Source: Octopus bimaculoides (lineage: Eukaryota). From it: 64,000 nt of DNA. Both the position numbers and the translations under genes were made by a program. Positions 26,331-39,400 of this stretch are shown here, piece by piece (the stretch's first letter is position 1; each line of letters opens with the position of its first letter). The notes below the pieces were generated by a model, which did no database searches, was not told the DNA's origin, and worked only from the letters and a program-made list of their open reading frames with translations. The DNA is taken from NCBI RefSeq assembly GCF_001194135.2, contig NC_068984.1:36862986-36926985 (forward strand), written 5' to 3'.

Positions 26331-27004
26331 GTAGTGATTCTTTCTGCGGATATAATGAATTTCACAATATACTTTCTAGTTTGTCCCTGTCATATCCAAC
26401 ATCATTAATGCTTTTATATAACCCTGTGTGTTTGACTATACAGAACCAACATACATAGTAAACTAGTAATCTGTAGAATAAATTTAACTATACAAATGAA
26501 GTACATTACTAATTTTACTTTTCTCGCATACGAACTCAGATATTAATAGAATCAGTTCCACATTCAAAGAGAAAGCAATTATTATTATACTGGTTTTTAG
26601 CGGGTCATCTCCACTGATTTTCCAGAAATATAATGACCCATTTCCCTATCAACAAAGTGTATGAAACATAATATTTTATTTCATTTTCTTTTAGTTTTGG
26701 TTTCTCTCTATTTCCAACTTAATATATTATGAAGTTTCTTAGATAAGCAGAGAACTGAATAGCTGAATAAAAGATGATATATTAGTTTAAATTTTTTGTG
26801 GAACAAGTCAATAATGGGATTTGAATATGTACGACTATTCTAGTAATTCTCGCTATATATTAGATTATATTATACGGTGACAATATATTTCATCGTCTTT
26901 GTATAACTGCTTCACTTGTTATAATTTGGGGTTTTTTCTTTGTCATTTGACTTCTATGGAAAACAGAAATATCATTTGATTAAATTACCGAGCAGGCGTT
27001 TTAG

Positions 27005-27093
27005 GAACATTGACTAACACATTTCTTGGATATGCACACATTTATACATTTGGGGCTTGTGCCGTACATGAATTTTTGAAGCCTATTGTCTTC
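27005..27093 (+). CDS. Candidate internal exon with hydrophobic sequence, unidentified gene
   Basis: ttttag| ... |gtaagtg. Only one of three frames is open: (G)TLTNTFLGYAHIYTFGACAVHEFLKPIVF, phase 1 to phase 0. An alternative in-phase CAG acceptor would start the exon at 26996. Confidence 0.4.
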
Positions 27094-27365
27094 GTAAGTG
27101 AATGTTAATGGTAATATCTTCAAACGAGTGCTGAGAACCACTAACAGGAGACCTATCCATTGCTCGAGGCATATTTCTACATGTCTGGCTTATTGTTTAT
27201 ATGGTTTGTATGCCTGAACTGCTAGACATCTGAGATATGTATTTCATATATTATTAACTGAACGTATATGCTTCGTGTATTATCGATGACACAAATCTCT
27301 ATTGTATTCGGCTATTATTAAAAAGCAAGCATACTATTATATATACATAGATGGGTATCTATCTT

Positions 27366-27366
<1 letters not shown>

Positions 27367-27420
<54 letters not shown>

Positions 27421-27479
27421 NNNNNNNNNNNNNNNNNNNNNNNNNNNNNNNNNNNNNNNNNNNNNNNNNNNNNNNNNNN

Positions 27480-27522
<43 letters not shown>
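27367..27522. repeat. (CT)n microsatellite spanning a gap
   Basis: Dinucleotide run. Confidence 0.95.
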
Positions 27523-27555
<33 letters not shown>

Positions 27556-28169
27556 CATATATGTATATATAATCTTACGGGTATCAATTAGATAATATAT
27601 CTAATCCGATCAATTAGATAATATGTCTAATCTACTAATCATCTGAGTAGCAACATATCATGCTAAATAAATCACACAAGTGACCCTTTGTAAATTAACA
27701 GCAACCATAGTAATTCTCGGATAAGGTAAATACCAGCCGCGGACGTTATTATGAATATTTAATATCCATTATACGCGACAATTATGATAAAAGGAATTGT
27801 TATCGCTTATAGCTTAAATGTTATGAACTAGACTTTTATGTTTAAACACATATATCAAGGGTCCGTGCGGTATTTGAGATCAATGCAGGTGATAGATTAA
27901 GCTCAAACGATAATAAACATTTGGTGCAAATACAAAGACCATAAATGTGAAACAGGAATTAGATACCTCAACACAAACATTTCTTATTTGGAAATGAATC
28001 TGCAACTCATGAGTGTGCAGGAGTGTCCACACCATTTCATTTGTTAATTGCACAATAACGCTTATATATGTATGAACGCTCGCGTCTCTGTGTACGGGTA
28101 TTGTTAAAAACAAATTTCATGAAATTAACTAGCATTTTTACAAAGTCTGCAGTGTTATATTCATCACTT

Positions 28170-28410
28170 ACGTATGTGTGTACGTGCGTGTGTGTGTGTC
28201 TGTGTCTATGTATGTATGTATGTATGTATGTATGTATACATGTAGTACGTACGCTTGTATGTATGTATGTATGTATGTATATTATGTATGTATGCATGTA
28301 TGTATGTGTGTATGTATGTATGTGTATGTAAGTATGTGTGTATGTATGTGTGTATATATGTGTGTATGTATGTATGTGTGTATGTATGTATGTATGTATG
28401 TATGTATGTA
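28170..28410. repeat. Compound (TATG)n/(TG)n microsatellite
   Basis: Tetra- and dinucleotide runs. Confidence 0.95.
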
Positions 28411-28919
28411 GGTCGCTCTTGACCGCTACTGGTACCATATAATCCAGTACAACCTGTTACATGGTCGGGTCGTCGGCGACTAAAATGGCGTTCTTGGTGA
28501 GGGAGCGATTTTTAGACACCCTGCTGGACAAAAAATAAGACCCGTCAAAGGGCGGAAGAACTACAGTGTAGTCAACAGCCATTCAACAACGTGTGTTTGT
28601 GGATATATGTGTGTGTAGTGTTTGTGTGTGTTGTGAGTGTGTGTATATATATTGTATATAGTGTATTTCATACTGTATGTGTATATACTGTATGTGTATA
28701 TACTGTATGTGTATATACTGTATGTATTATGTTTTAAACTTTATATATTGTATCTCAATTTTTATTCTTATTTCTACTGAACTGTTTCGCAATTTGTAAT
28801 TTTCAATTTATTTAATGATAAATAGATAATGGGTGGATGGAGCGCCTTCGTTTACGCAAGCCACGTCGAAGGCAATCTATCTATAAGGTAATTCTGAATT
28901 TAAATACTTCACTGCTGTC

Positions 28920-29745
28920 TTGTAGTTAGCCTTTTATTAGGGAAAACTTGGGAGAAGGACACACTGCTATAAAAGCTGCGACTGCAATTGCACCTAATAT
29001 CGACTTGCTCTTCTTTTTGGATCATGCTTTGTAGTTTAGAGAGTGAGAATGGTTTCTGATCAAAACTTTTCCTCACTTTAAAAAGCGTCAAGCACAGGTA
29101 TTGCTGGAGAGGAAAAAGAAATGAAAGTCTTATATGTACGTGGTTAGCCGAAACCTAAAAAGGCCCAACCAAACAGTGGAAGATTATATTGATACTGAAG
29201 CACATGGCAAAAAGGACTCTGGAACATTTTGTTCTGTGGTCTGGCCTGGCAGGGCACCACGGCCTGGATCCTGTCGTCATCCTGCAACTGTGAGTAAATT
29301 CAGGTTAAGATGCAAGCCCACGAATATAGGATGTTGGAATGTTCGAACTTTACTAGATAATGATTGTCCGAAATCTCATCTGGAGAGAATATCCGCGCTT
29401 GTTGCAAAAGATTTACAGCGATAAGATATTGATGTTGTAGCATTAACCGAAACAAGAATTAGTGGAAAAGGGAATTTTGCTAGAGAAATCTGCTGAGTAT
29501 CATTCATTTAGGAGCGGTAGAGATGAGACTTGCAATAAAAAATCAGGAGTGTGATTTGCAATCAAACCACTCTGGTTTCAAAACTTGAGGAACTACCATG
29601 TGGTCATTCTGATCGTTTTATATCTTTAAGACTTCCGTTGAGAAAAGGTCGCTATGCAACATTCATATGTACAAATGCTCCAACTATGAATTTATCACAG
29701 GATGATAAACTTGCTTGCCAGCGCGAAAATTGTTCAGGCTTGTGC
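28920..29745 (+). mobile_element. RTE-clade LINE 5' region with AP-endonuclease
   Basis: NIGCWNVRTLLD...ALVAKDLQR*DIDVVALTETR..., DRFISLRLPLRKGRYATFICTNAPT: APE domain motifs of RTE/BovB-like elements. Truncated on the 3' side. Confidence 0.85.
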
Positions 29746-29844
29746 AGGTAGAGTGGCGTTACCTCCGCTTCAACTAGATATTGCCAACACAGCATTAGTT
29801 TTGGCGGGAAACATTAAAGTCCGGTACTTTTTAAACACACCCCG
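29745..29844. mobile_element. Solo mariner end
   Basis: 'aaagtccggtactttttaaacacaccccg'+TA is a mariner-type TIR. No partner TIR found. Confidence 0.6.
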
Positions 29845-30149
29845 TATTCACTGTCTGACAATCGCGCATGCACGCCCAAAGAGACCTCACAACTTTCTTG
29901 CACATATCACATGAAAGGAAGATCATATCAGCAATAGGCTATGTATAGATATCTTAATAGAAAGTTCCTTGGTGACAGTAACGTTGATAATTGTAAACCA
30001 AAAACCACACCTCTAACACTCGCTTTGAATGGTATGTAATTTCCATCTAAGAACAGGAAATAACTATCGAATTCCTGATGCACAAAAGGGATAAAGAAGC
30101 AGGAAAACGCCGAAATATGATAGCCTATGGAGATGATTTTGTACAGTTA

Positions 30150-30640
30150 ACAGCAAAAATATTACTCATATTATAAGAAGCTGTCCGTAAATGTCATCAT
30201 AATATTTTCTAATGCGACGAAGATACTGTACAAAGAACTCTGTGGAAGGGATTACTCTGAGACCAAAGATCCAAGAACCTACAATGTAGTTTAACCCATA
30301 ACCACTCATGATACGGAAAAATAGCAGTGGTATGTCCCCGAGAAATCCCAATAATATGAAAAAAACTATTAAGTCAAACAAAGTGATTTTGGCCAGAGAA
30401 GAGTAACTATGATCAGTGAAAAAGAAACACCTACATTGGACTAATAAATGACTAACAAATACTTCCCATGAACAACGAGTTTAGATGTATACCTGTAATT
30501 ACTGGGTCAGGTGGATATATAAACAGACGTGTCAACATCAATCTTGAGAAATTAGTATTCTCCAAATCAGAAAGGAGACCACCGATACAAACCATCAATG
30601 GAGTTGTCAAAGTATTTAAGACTTTCCAATTTTTTAGTAT
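30150..30640 (+). mobile_element. Possible very decayed pogo-like (DDE_1) transposase
   Basis: NIF*CDE and GSGGYIN...LEKLVF...RRPPIQTING loosely match the DDE_1 motifs FN.DET, SG..N and RP.LL..DG. Confidence 0.3.
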
Positions 30641-31631
30641 ATAAATACATATGTATTTGTCAAGACATTCCACACCGTGTTTGAATACACATAAATAAAA
30701 ATAACATCCGGATCTGTACATGTACTGATGCAAAATACTTGGACATATACACATACAAACATGCACAACTGCCCTCCTGATGTTTAGATTCCAATGAAAG
30801 AGCATTGGTTCAAGGTTGGAAACCGACTCTTTCTTGGCTAAAAATCTAGAAATATAATTAAATATTCCACACACATAAGCATATTACACATTGAACGTAC
30901 GAATCTAACTCGCTGACTACTAGTTATGCTACTCTACAGTTTGTTAACATTTTGAGTGTAGGCTTTGAGTATATCTTCTTTAAATATATTGGAGTTATTT
31001 AACAAGATATTTGATGACAATCCATATGTTTACTGTTTCTTCTCCGTGAAAGGATTGTGTGATCGAAATATACCTTGACAGGCGAGTTAGTTTAGGTAAT
31101 ATTTTCTGTATGCTCAATGAACTAGCAACATTAAACACCGTTATAACATTGATAACGTGAAGGAAGGCAACCAAGGTTTAGCTGAAATTATATAAATATC
31201 TATTCATATATAAGAAACACAAACGAGATTAACTGTCACTACACTACACTATCACGAGTTGCTAAACTACTTGGATAACGCACGCAACACATTCTTGAAG
31301 AATGAAATGTATCTCTTACATCTATATATATATATATGAGATTAAATTTCAGTCCCAGGACTTCATTAGGAAAAGAAAATAGTTACCACAACAATGGTTT
31401 ATCCCTGTTAAATCAAAAAATCTTAGACAATGACACGAATTGAAAAATATATTTGGATGAATATCATACATCAAATATTTTATGAACAGCCCTGCATTGG
31501 AACAATTCATTTCAAAACCATAATGTGCCTTTTCACAAGGTTCTTTCAATCACCTGGACGTAATTCAACTTTGATAAATGTGACGTACAAGTGAATTGTA
31601 TACACCTTTTAGTAGGACACCAGTTTATCAG

Positions 31632-31673
31632 TTATCTTTTCTAAATGGTCTGGTAGCTTTGTACATCTACATG
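31632..31673 (+). CDS. Candidate short hydrophobic exon, in phase with 27005-27093
   Basis: tttatcag| LSFLNGLVALYIYM |gtaagat. The acceptor is weak; stronger phase-2 acceptors lie at 31612 and 31615. Confidence 0.25.
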
Positions 31674-31879
31674 GTAAGATAAAACATTTTAGACAATAAA
31701 ATCATCACCAAGGAAAAATATCCAAATATCAGATTTTGATTTAAACTCTCGTTAAAAGGTATTATACTTAAAGCTCTATGGTAAATTAAAATATAGAATG
31801 TGGTAAGAATTTCACTTAAATAATTTAGGAACAACAAAATTGCAGCAGGCCTGAAGTTTCTGAGGAAGGGATTAGTTGA

Positions 31880-32040
31880 CGGCAGTGCTTTATAGGTATT
31901 TCTCTCCCCGACCACTGAAGGGATGAAGAGAAGAAAAAAAAACGTCGGCGAAATTTGAACACAGACCGTAAAGCCAGAATAGATGGCAAACAATTTCCCC
32001 GGCGCGGTAATGATTCTGCCAGATCACGGTCTTTAGACGA
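31880..32040 (-). mobile_element. Decayed SINE
   Basis: Reverse complement of the 'ctggcagaatc...ttcaaatt.cgccga...ttcatcc.tt' module. Confidence 0.65.
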
Positions 32041-32335
32041 TAGTTTAATAATAGTAAAACGCCAGAAACAAAAAATACACTCACTTCATACATACACATA
32101 CAAACATCATAATCTGATAAGGTGAGTTGAGTTTAACCGTAGGTACGCTAAGAGCCACCAATGTGAATTAAGCTGCTCTGCATCAAATTTCGAAATCACA
32201 CGTGATCTGGCTATGCCTGCTGGGGAACTTATCTCCCCTTGTGTGGCGATTGAGTTGTTTTGACGATTATTTCTAGCAATGCTGTACCACTTACTACCCT
32301 CTTTCACGTGACATCGATAAATTTGCCTTAAATTG

Positions 32336-32374
<39 letters not shown>

Positions 32375-32539
32375 CCACGGGAAAATACGAAAACTACAAG
32401 AAGCAGCATATATAATAGGACACAACAAGCTCCTAAGCAGACCGAGTGCAGATATGAACAGCATATTGGAACCGGTATTAAGGAAGGATAGGAGAATATT
32501 AGATTTCTAAGCCCTAAAATTCACTCCATAATTGTCCAC

Positions 32540-32800
32540 AGACATATGGCGTAGTGGTTAAGAGCGCCGGCTACTAACCCCAAAATTCCGAGTTCGATTC
32601 CAGGCAGTGGAATAATAATAATAATAATGATGATGATAACAATATCGAAAAATACCTTAGGAATGAGAATCCAGGTTCGAAATTTCCCCAAGACACCTGA
32701 TGAATGCTGGAAGGTATATCAGCCGAAACGTTGTGTTAACAACAAACAAGATGAGGACAAATATCCGTCAATTCTAAATAATGTGAATAATGTACATAAT
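32540..32800 (+). mobile_element. tRNA-derived SINE with an internal (AAT)n tract and a hammerhead-like 3' part
   Basis: A box 'tggcgtagtggttaaga', B box 'gagttcgattcc', then 'cctgatgaatgctggaaggtatatcagccgaaacgttg'. Confidence 0.8.
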
Positions 32801-32827
32801 TCCTCATCTCTTAAATATAGACCTGTA

Positions 32828-32866
<39 letters not shown>

Positions 32867-32879
32867 ATATATATATATG

Positions 32880-33200
32880 TATTCTTTTATTTGTTTCAGT
32901 CATTTGACTGCGCCATGCTGGAGAATGGCCTTTAGTGGAACAAATCGACACCAGGTCTTATTCTTTGTAAACCTTGTACTTACCCTATTTTGCCGAACCG
33001 CTAAGTTACGGGGACGTAAACATACCAACATCGGTTGTCAAGCGATGGTAGCGGGAGGAATACAGACACACAAACTTATATATGTACACGACAAGCTCCA
33101 TTCAATTTCCGTCTACCAAATCCACTCACAAATCCTGTCAAAAGCAACCGTCATTAGATTTTTTTCGGCAAAATTGACAAGCGTGACCTTTTGACACTTT
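32880..33200 (-). mobile_element. Octopus-type SINE
   Basis: Reverse complement of the module at 1760-2060 and 13810-14420. Confidence 0.85.
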
Positions 33201-34385
33201 GGACATTATCCAATGATCTCGTTCTTGATCCACCCCTATGTCTCCAACAGGTTTTCATGGCTTGAAAAATTCTGTTTGAGATTCTTCCTGATGACATTCT
33301 GTCCGTAATACCGTAATCGTAACCTTTCAATGCGGCTAAGTAGCAGGTTGTCGTAAATATTAATATATGACTCTGTGTGTGTGTGTGTGTATGTGTGTGT
33401 GTGCGTGGGAGTGCGTGTCTTTGAGTGTGGTCTTTGTATTTGTTTCAGCAGTTTCTTAATATGCAATACTGTTCTAAAATAAATTCTATTGCAAAAATAC
33501 ACTCACACACGGGTACATACACACGCATACACACACACACACACACAGCATCACCATCACTATCTTAGAGCAGAAAGCGAAGACGAAGAAATTAAGGAGA
33601 GCCTCATTTCCTCAATAACGTCACAGTCTCTGATGATAGAATTTAGACAACGTAATTAATTAATTTATTATTTTCCTAACTAATTCAATCAATTAATTGA
33701 AATAAAATTGAGTTAAATGCAACCAATGCGTGGGATTTCTTTGGCAGCATATTCCTCAGCCTCCAAAGATACATTAAGTGTATATGTGTGCACAGGCACA
33801 TGTGTACGTGAAACATATGTATGCGGACGTGTCTGTATGTGCCTCTATGTATGCGTGTGTGTGTGTGTGTGTGTGTCCGTGTCGGTGTGTGTGTGTGTAC
33901 AGGGTCGTTCAAAGGACCCTTTAGCATTAAACCTAACGAGCTATCAATTGATGTCCTCTTAGACAAATTGGGCTTCTAAATGCACTGTTTCTATCCTCAT
34001 CGCTAAATCTCTCTCACACACTGCATGCCTCCTTACTACAACCTTATAACAAATACCTACTGCATTCACTGACTCTCCCACGACCGCTCAGGAGAGCTAA
34101 TGTACTGCGATTTCACCCAAAGTGTCCTCCCTACGGACCCCTTGAGGATTTGAGTTAGATATGTGTAGACTGGATTAATGTTATATTGTGACACTTTTAG
34201 ATCAACGCATCTTTCACCATGTGGTGACATTTTATAAATAAACGAAGATCACACACACACCACACACAAACACATGTATATACGTGTGTCAGTCTTCATG
34301 CAACGATACATACACATAGCTAGATAGACATATAATGAGAACGATAAATGCGCGTAGATAGATAGATAGATCATATTCGTAAGTC

Positions 34386-34419
<34 letters not shown>

Positions 34420-36029
34420 TACATACATACATATATATATANNNNNNNNNNNNNNNNNNNNNNNNNNNNNNNNNNNNNNNNNNNNNNNNNNNNNNNNNNN
34501 NNNNNNNNNNNNNNNNNNNNNNNNNNNNTATATATATCATTGTGTTTGTACGATTTGATCCTATATATTACGCGCTTAGAGAACATTTCCAGATAACATA
34601 ACCTAGTGTGTACATACACATTTGTGTGAGAGAGAGAGAGTGAGAGAGAGAGAGAGAGTGAGACGGAGAGTGAGACAGAGAGAGTGAGAGAGAGAGTGAG
34701 AGAGAGAGAGAGTGAGAGAAAGAGAGAATAACATTATATTATATCTGAAGTCACAAACTAGCCACTTTTCTGAAGACGTCCATATAAATTGTCCATTTGC
34801 TGTAAATGTTGGCGTGTGTTTGTTGATGGTGCATGGTTGCGTGCGCACCTAAGTATACCGGTAGCCAACCATACGAAATCAATAAGCTATGGCGGATATC
34901 GTATTCTCCAAATAATATTGAAACCTAAATTGCTATAATTTCAATTTAATATCTCGTAACGTTCAAGAAAAGTGATATGCCCCTGATGGTTATTGATTTG
35001 AAACTATTTCTTGAATGTCAATATTAGATGGTATCATATGTTCGTGAGATAACGTATATGAATTATAATTTGTATGCATACAAAACTACATTTTCTGGGG
35101 GGTTTTTTGTTTGTTTCTGGCAATAAATTAATTAACTTCTTGTTTGTTAGACTTAGTCAATTTCCATATCGTATAACCATTAGCCATTAATAACAAAATA
35201 ATATATCGTCGTGGTGCGTGTATTGTTTTGCTATTTTGGTATTAGTGGCATTCGTACTGATAATGTTGGTTGTGAATCTTCTCGTTCTTGGGATTATGGT
35301 AATGAATATGATGCAAATGATGACGATAGACTCATGCAGAAAATTATACATACTGATTATTATCACATAATTAAGGCTATTACTGTTATTACAGGTACTA
35401 GGTTTCCACAATGCTTAATTTCTCGGAATGATGGTGTAATGTTATAGGGTGATTGAAAGAAAGGTAATAATCGAGGTGCTGGAGTGGTTGTGGTGGTGGT
35501 GGTAGNNNNNNNNNNTGTTGGCGGCAGCGGTGGCAAGTGTGATAGTTTTAACCATGGTAAAGAAGGCGTTTGTTACAGAGCGTGATCATCGGTTTTAATG
35601 ATGCCGGTATTGGTGGTGGCGCTTTCGTGAAGTTCATGCATACTGAGCGCGGTCATTATAATGAAATGTGTGTACTTCTTGATGATGAGGAGGAGGAGGG
35701 GTAGAGGGAGGAAGAGGAGGATAAGAGGAACAGGAGTAGGTAGTCGATGAGGATAAATTTGCCGATAATAACAACGATGATAAAACGCTCTTGATATCTG
35801 AGATTTTTTCTTTATTTTATCTTTTAGTCATTGTGGAGGGAAGGTAGAATCCATGAGCTTTTAAAGAGACAGGTGAAAGACAAGAAGGTATCCTCAAATC
35901 AAGGACCTGGCCAGAATATTTGTAAAAGAATGGAATTAGTAAAATTACACAGGAGATAGTGTTGTCAAACTAGGTAACAAATTATATCAACCATGCAAAT
36001 AATCCACGGAATTCAAACTCAGAAATAAT

Positions 36030-38500
36030 GAACAACCACACCGCCCAATCACACGCGTAATGTCTTCCACAGAAACATGGCAAGTGCGTCACATGTTGGG
36101 ATCAGCACTGTTACTGCAAACGCATTGTGGGATATTGTTTTGTTGTAAGAAGAGATTTCCGACTGCCATATTTTCCTAAGTCTGTTGTAATATTTTCAGG
36201 TTACTTTATATTTATTCAGTGCCTTCATATGATACATTTTCGTCTATGCCTAGATGCTTGTAACATTCTTTGTGTGGAATGGGGGAGATAGAGAGACCGT
36301 TGATGCACAGGTTTTGGGTTTGGGAGAGACTAATTTTCCTCGTTCTATATATAACCAAATAATAACATTTCTTTTGGCCAAATTTCATGCCTATATCAGC
36401 TGATAATGTTATTAATTCCAGTTGTTATTTGGCATCGTTCATTCTTTTAGCATAAATCTTCAGGTCGTCTACAAATAAATTATGAGTGACACTGATATTT
36501 CTAGCAGTTAAAGATCCAAGCATGTTACCATTTTTTTCTGCAGTAGGAACGATAATGGATTCAGTGCCAAAAGGAAAAGAAGAACAGAAAGACTATCTCA
36601 CTTTGTAATACCTATACTATTAGAAACGATTATTCTATTCTCAATTATAAGGGTAAGAATAGTTGTACATATCTTTGTGAGTCTCTCTATAGCGGCAATT
36701 ATGTTAGTAGGTACCTTTGCCAGATGTAGGCACTTCAACAGCCATGAACGAGGGAGAGAGTCGAATGCCTTCTTATAGTCAATCCATACTGTCAAAAGGT
36801 TTCTGCGTTGTTTCTTACATCAAACAGTACAACTTTGTTTCTTAAAAGTTGTTTGGCACATCCCCACACTCCCCTCTTTCCACTAGCCTGTTCATCAGTC
36901 ACAACGTTGTTCGACTAACAATGATCCTGGAGGAAATGGTTGACGCAACTTCTATACTGTTTGTACATAATGTTTAGGCAAGCAATGGGCCTGTCGTTTC
37001 CAGCCTTCTCGGTAATTTCATTTTTGGCAACAAGATTTGTTCTTGCTGTAGCAAGCCAATTTGGTATATCACTCTGACCTTCCATATTCTTTTTGAACAT
37101 ACATATCAATTGGTTTCTATAAAATGTGAGCTTCTTGTACCAATATCCAACAATTAGGTCCCTTCCCACTCTGCAGTTTACATGCTGCTATAGCGAAGGT
37201 TTCTGCGTAAATTTTGTATGCTTTACTGTTGGTGTTGTTACAGTATTCTCTCTCAATATTATTTAACGATGATGCATTCACATTGAAATCCCTCTTTGTG
37301 TTCTAAATGTTTGACCAGAATGATTGTAGATCTTCTTGAGAGAGAGCTTTCTTAATGGTAATATTTTCTTTTTTCATCTTTCTGTATAACACTTGTGGGT
37401 TGGAAGCAAACTTGCGATTGATACTGGCTCACTCGCAATTCCGCATGCGATAGAGAAGTTTCTCGCTCGTCGTCCTGGGTTCAAGCTTTAAAGGGATTAG
37501 CTTTCCCTCAAGAGCTCGGTGGGAAGAGTTGCCATAAAGTTTCATTAATTTTTGTCTAAGGTAGAGTTGGTGAGGTGTGAACTCATTACTTTTATTGTTG
37601 TTGTTAACTATGCAATATGGCGACGCACGTTTTGATGTTTTCTTCAAGTTTTGTTTTCCATCTAGGTTGTTTCCGTTTAGTAATTTCGTTATTTTGTTCA
37701 CTGCAGATTTCTCCTCGGTGCTCTTTAAGAGTAATAGCATCTGTGTATATAAGAGTAATATTATTCCAGTAATTAACATTACATGATTTCATGTGCTCTC
37801 CAGCAACATCGTTGATAACCTTAAACATTAGATCGATCGGATTTTTTGTCACTCTTGTTGGGAATAGTCTGTTTCCCAACAAAAGCCTCGAGAAAGTTGC
37901 AAAATCTTTTGCGAATTGTAATTCTAAAATGCTTCTGAGTTGTATGTATTCTGCAGTCTTCGCTACTGAGTCAGCTAAATTTGGAGACACTCGAATTGAG
38001 CAATGGCAGCTTGTTTACATTATTTTTTACGCTGCTTCTGGTAGATTTTGACCCATTTTCATTATTTTGAGAGGATCGAGGACCAGTTGATTTGCTTTTC
38101 TTACAAAAGATGCTTGTTGCCGGAGCTGTTTCACCGTGAATGTATTTAAGTTGGGATGAGCTTCGTTCCAGTATTGTTTTAACCGCTTCATGTAACTGAT
38201 TGAAGGGTGAACTCAGGCTTTTTCATAGCACCGAAGTAAATCTCGGTTTAGGTGCTGAGTCCAAGTAAAATTAGAACAGTACTTACGTCTTTTTAAATAA
38301 ATTACTGGTGAAGTAGTTGTTTTCATCCGTGGTGACGTTGTTAGTTTCATCTGTGATGATGTTAGTCTCAGCTATAATCGCGTTAGCGAAATTCGACGTG
38401 GTGTAGATGTATATTTTAAAATCTGTTCAGGATAGCGCTACGATGGTGAGTAACAGGTGTTTCTTTTATTTATTATTGAATAAACTAGTTACCGATTTAG
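36030..38500 (-). mobile_element. R4/Dong-like non-LTR retrotransposon, decayed, 3' part largely deleted
   Basis: N-terminus FTWTQHLNRDLLRCYEKA...YMKRLKQYWNEAHP; RT motifs RPIACLNIMYK, WIDYKKAFDSLP and HNLFVDDLKIYAK; post-RT RLRKIWQSEISSYNK. Confidence 0.9.
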
Positions 38501-38649
38501 GATGGAGAAGTCAGCTTATTTCTAGAGGAAGGCGTTCAAAACGGACTTTTTAGACGGACCTCTACACCTGCATGTCCGATGTTGACGGTGCCATTATGTG
38601 TATGTGTGTATGTATGTATGTATGTATGTATGTATGTATGCATGCATAT

Positions 38650-39400
38650 CCATATGTATATATGTATGTAAGTGTCAATGCTAAACAGGATCGTCCAACC
38701 AGCGATTGAAGAAAAACGCCAGTTGCATTTTGACAATTTAGGGCCTTGTCATTGACGTGTACTTGGTAGTCAGATACCTAGACGAAATCTGTCCTCTTCA
38801 ATATATAGGAGACTGTAAATAATACATTCCCTGATATTGGAATAGCCAATATTTCGCTATTTGCAATATTTGGCTATTTGCAATATTTGGAGGAGCAATA
38901 TGCCTATACGTATATGGAAGGGGACACATTTCGTTTGAACAGGTGTGTAGCAATTACAAATCATTAACAAGATCCCAAATATGCCAAAATCTATATAGTC
39001 TTCTCAGGAATCACTGCCAGGGCGAGTCAGTTGTATTTCTCTGATATATATTGGGTTTTGTTAATACAGCATATCTTCTGAATTGTTTTTCTCTCGGAGG
39101 AAAATTCCACGGCAACATACTTTTCATTGGTGTATCTACGTTAAGTATGACTCATAGATGGCTACACTAATTTGAATTCGAACATTTGCTTTACGTTTCG
39201 GCCAGAATTTTTCCCACGTAATGCGAAATTGTTTTTTAATTCTATCCTTCTGCGCAATAATAGCTTCGACAATAAATTCAGCGGCTTAGTTCACTTATTC
39301 AATGTATGTTCCTCTTACATCGAAATAGCGAGCTTGAACATGAATATTTTGTCAATATTTGAATATCTTTCAAATCATATTACACATATATTATCATTAC
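38650..39400 (-). mobile_element. Possible decayed L1/Tx1 ORF2 3' end
   Basis: Disrupted frame ...EAIIAQKDRIKKQFRITWEKFWPKRK resembles L1-type C-termini. Weak. Confidence 0.25.

Noticed and set aside
28037-28438. HT-, CV-, YI- and SL-repeat ORFs throughout the window
   Set aside because: These are translations of (CA)n, (TA)n, (TATG)n and (CT)n repeats, which lack stop codons.
30166-30874. Minus-strand hydrophobic ORFs as host exons
   Set aside because: Splice phases between them are incompatible, and the plus strand shows pogo-like relics.
27005-31673. Resemblance of the candidate exons to TMEM62 or TMEM127
   Set aside because: Matches recalled from memory need offsets and miss neighbouring conserved residues, so no gene symbol was assigned.
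38848-38890. Short tandem duplications here and at about 15238-15300 and 53270-53296; CRISPR-like periodicity
   Set aside because: Only 2-3 adjacent units with no unique spacers, consistent with replication slippage.
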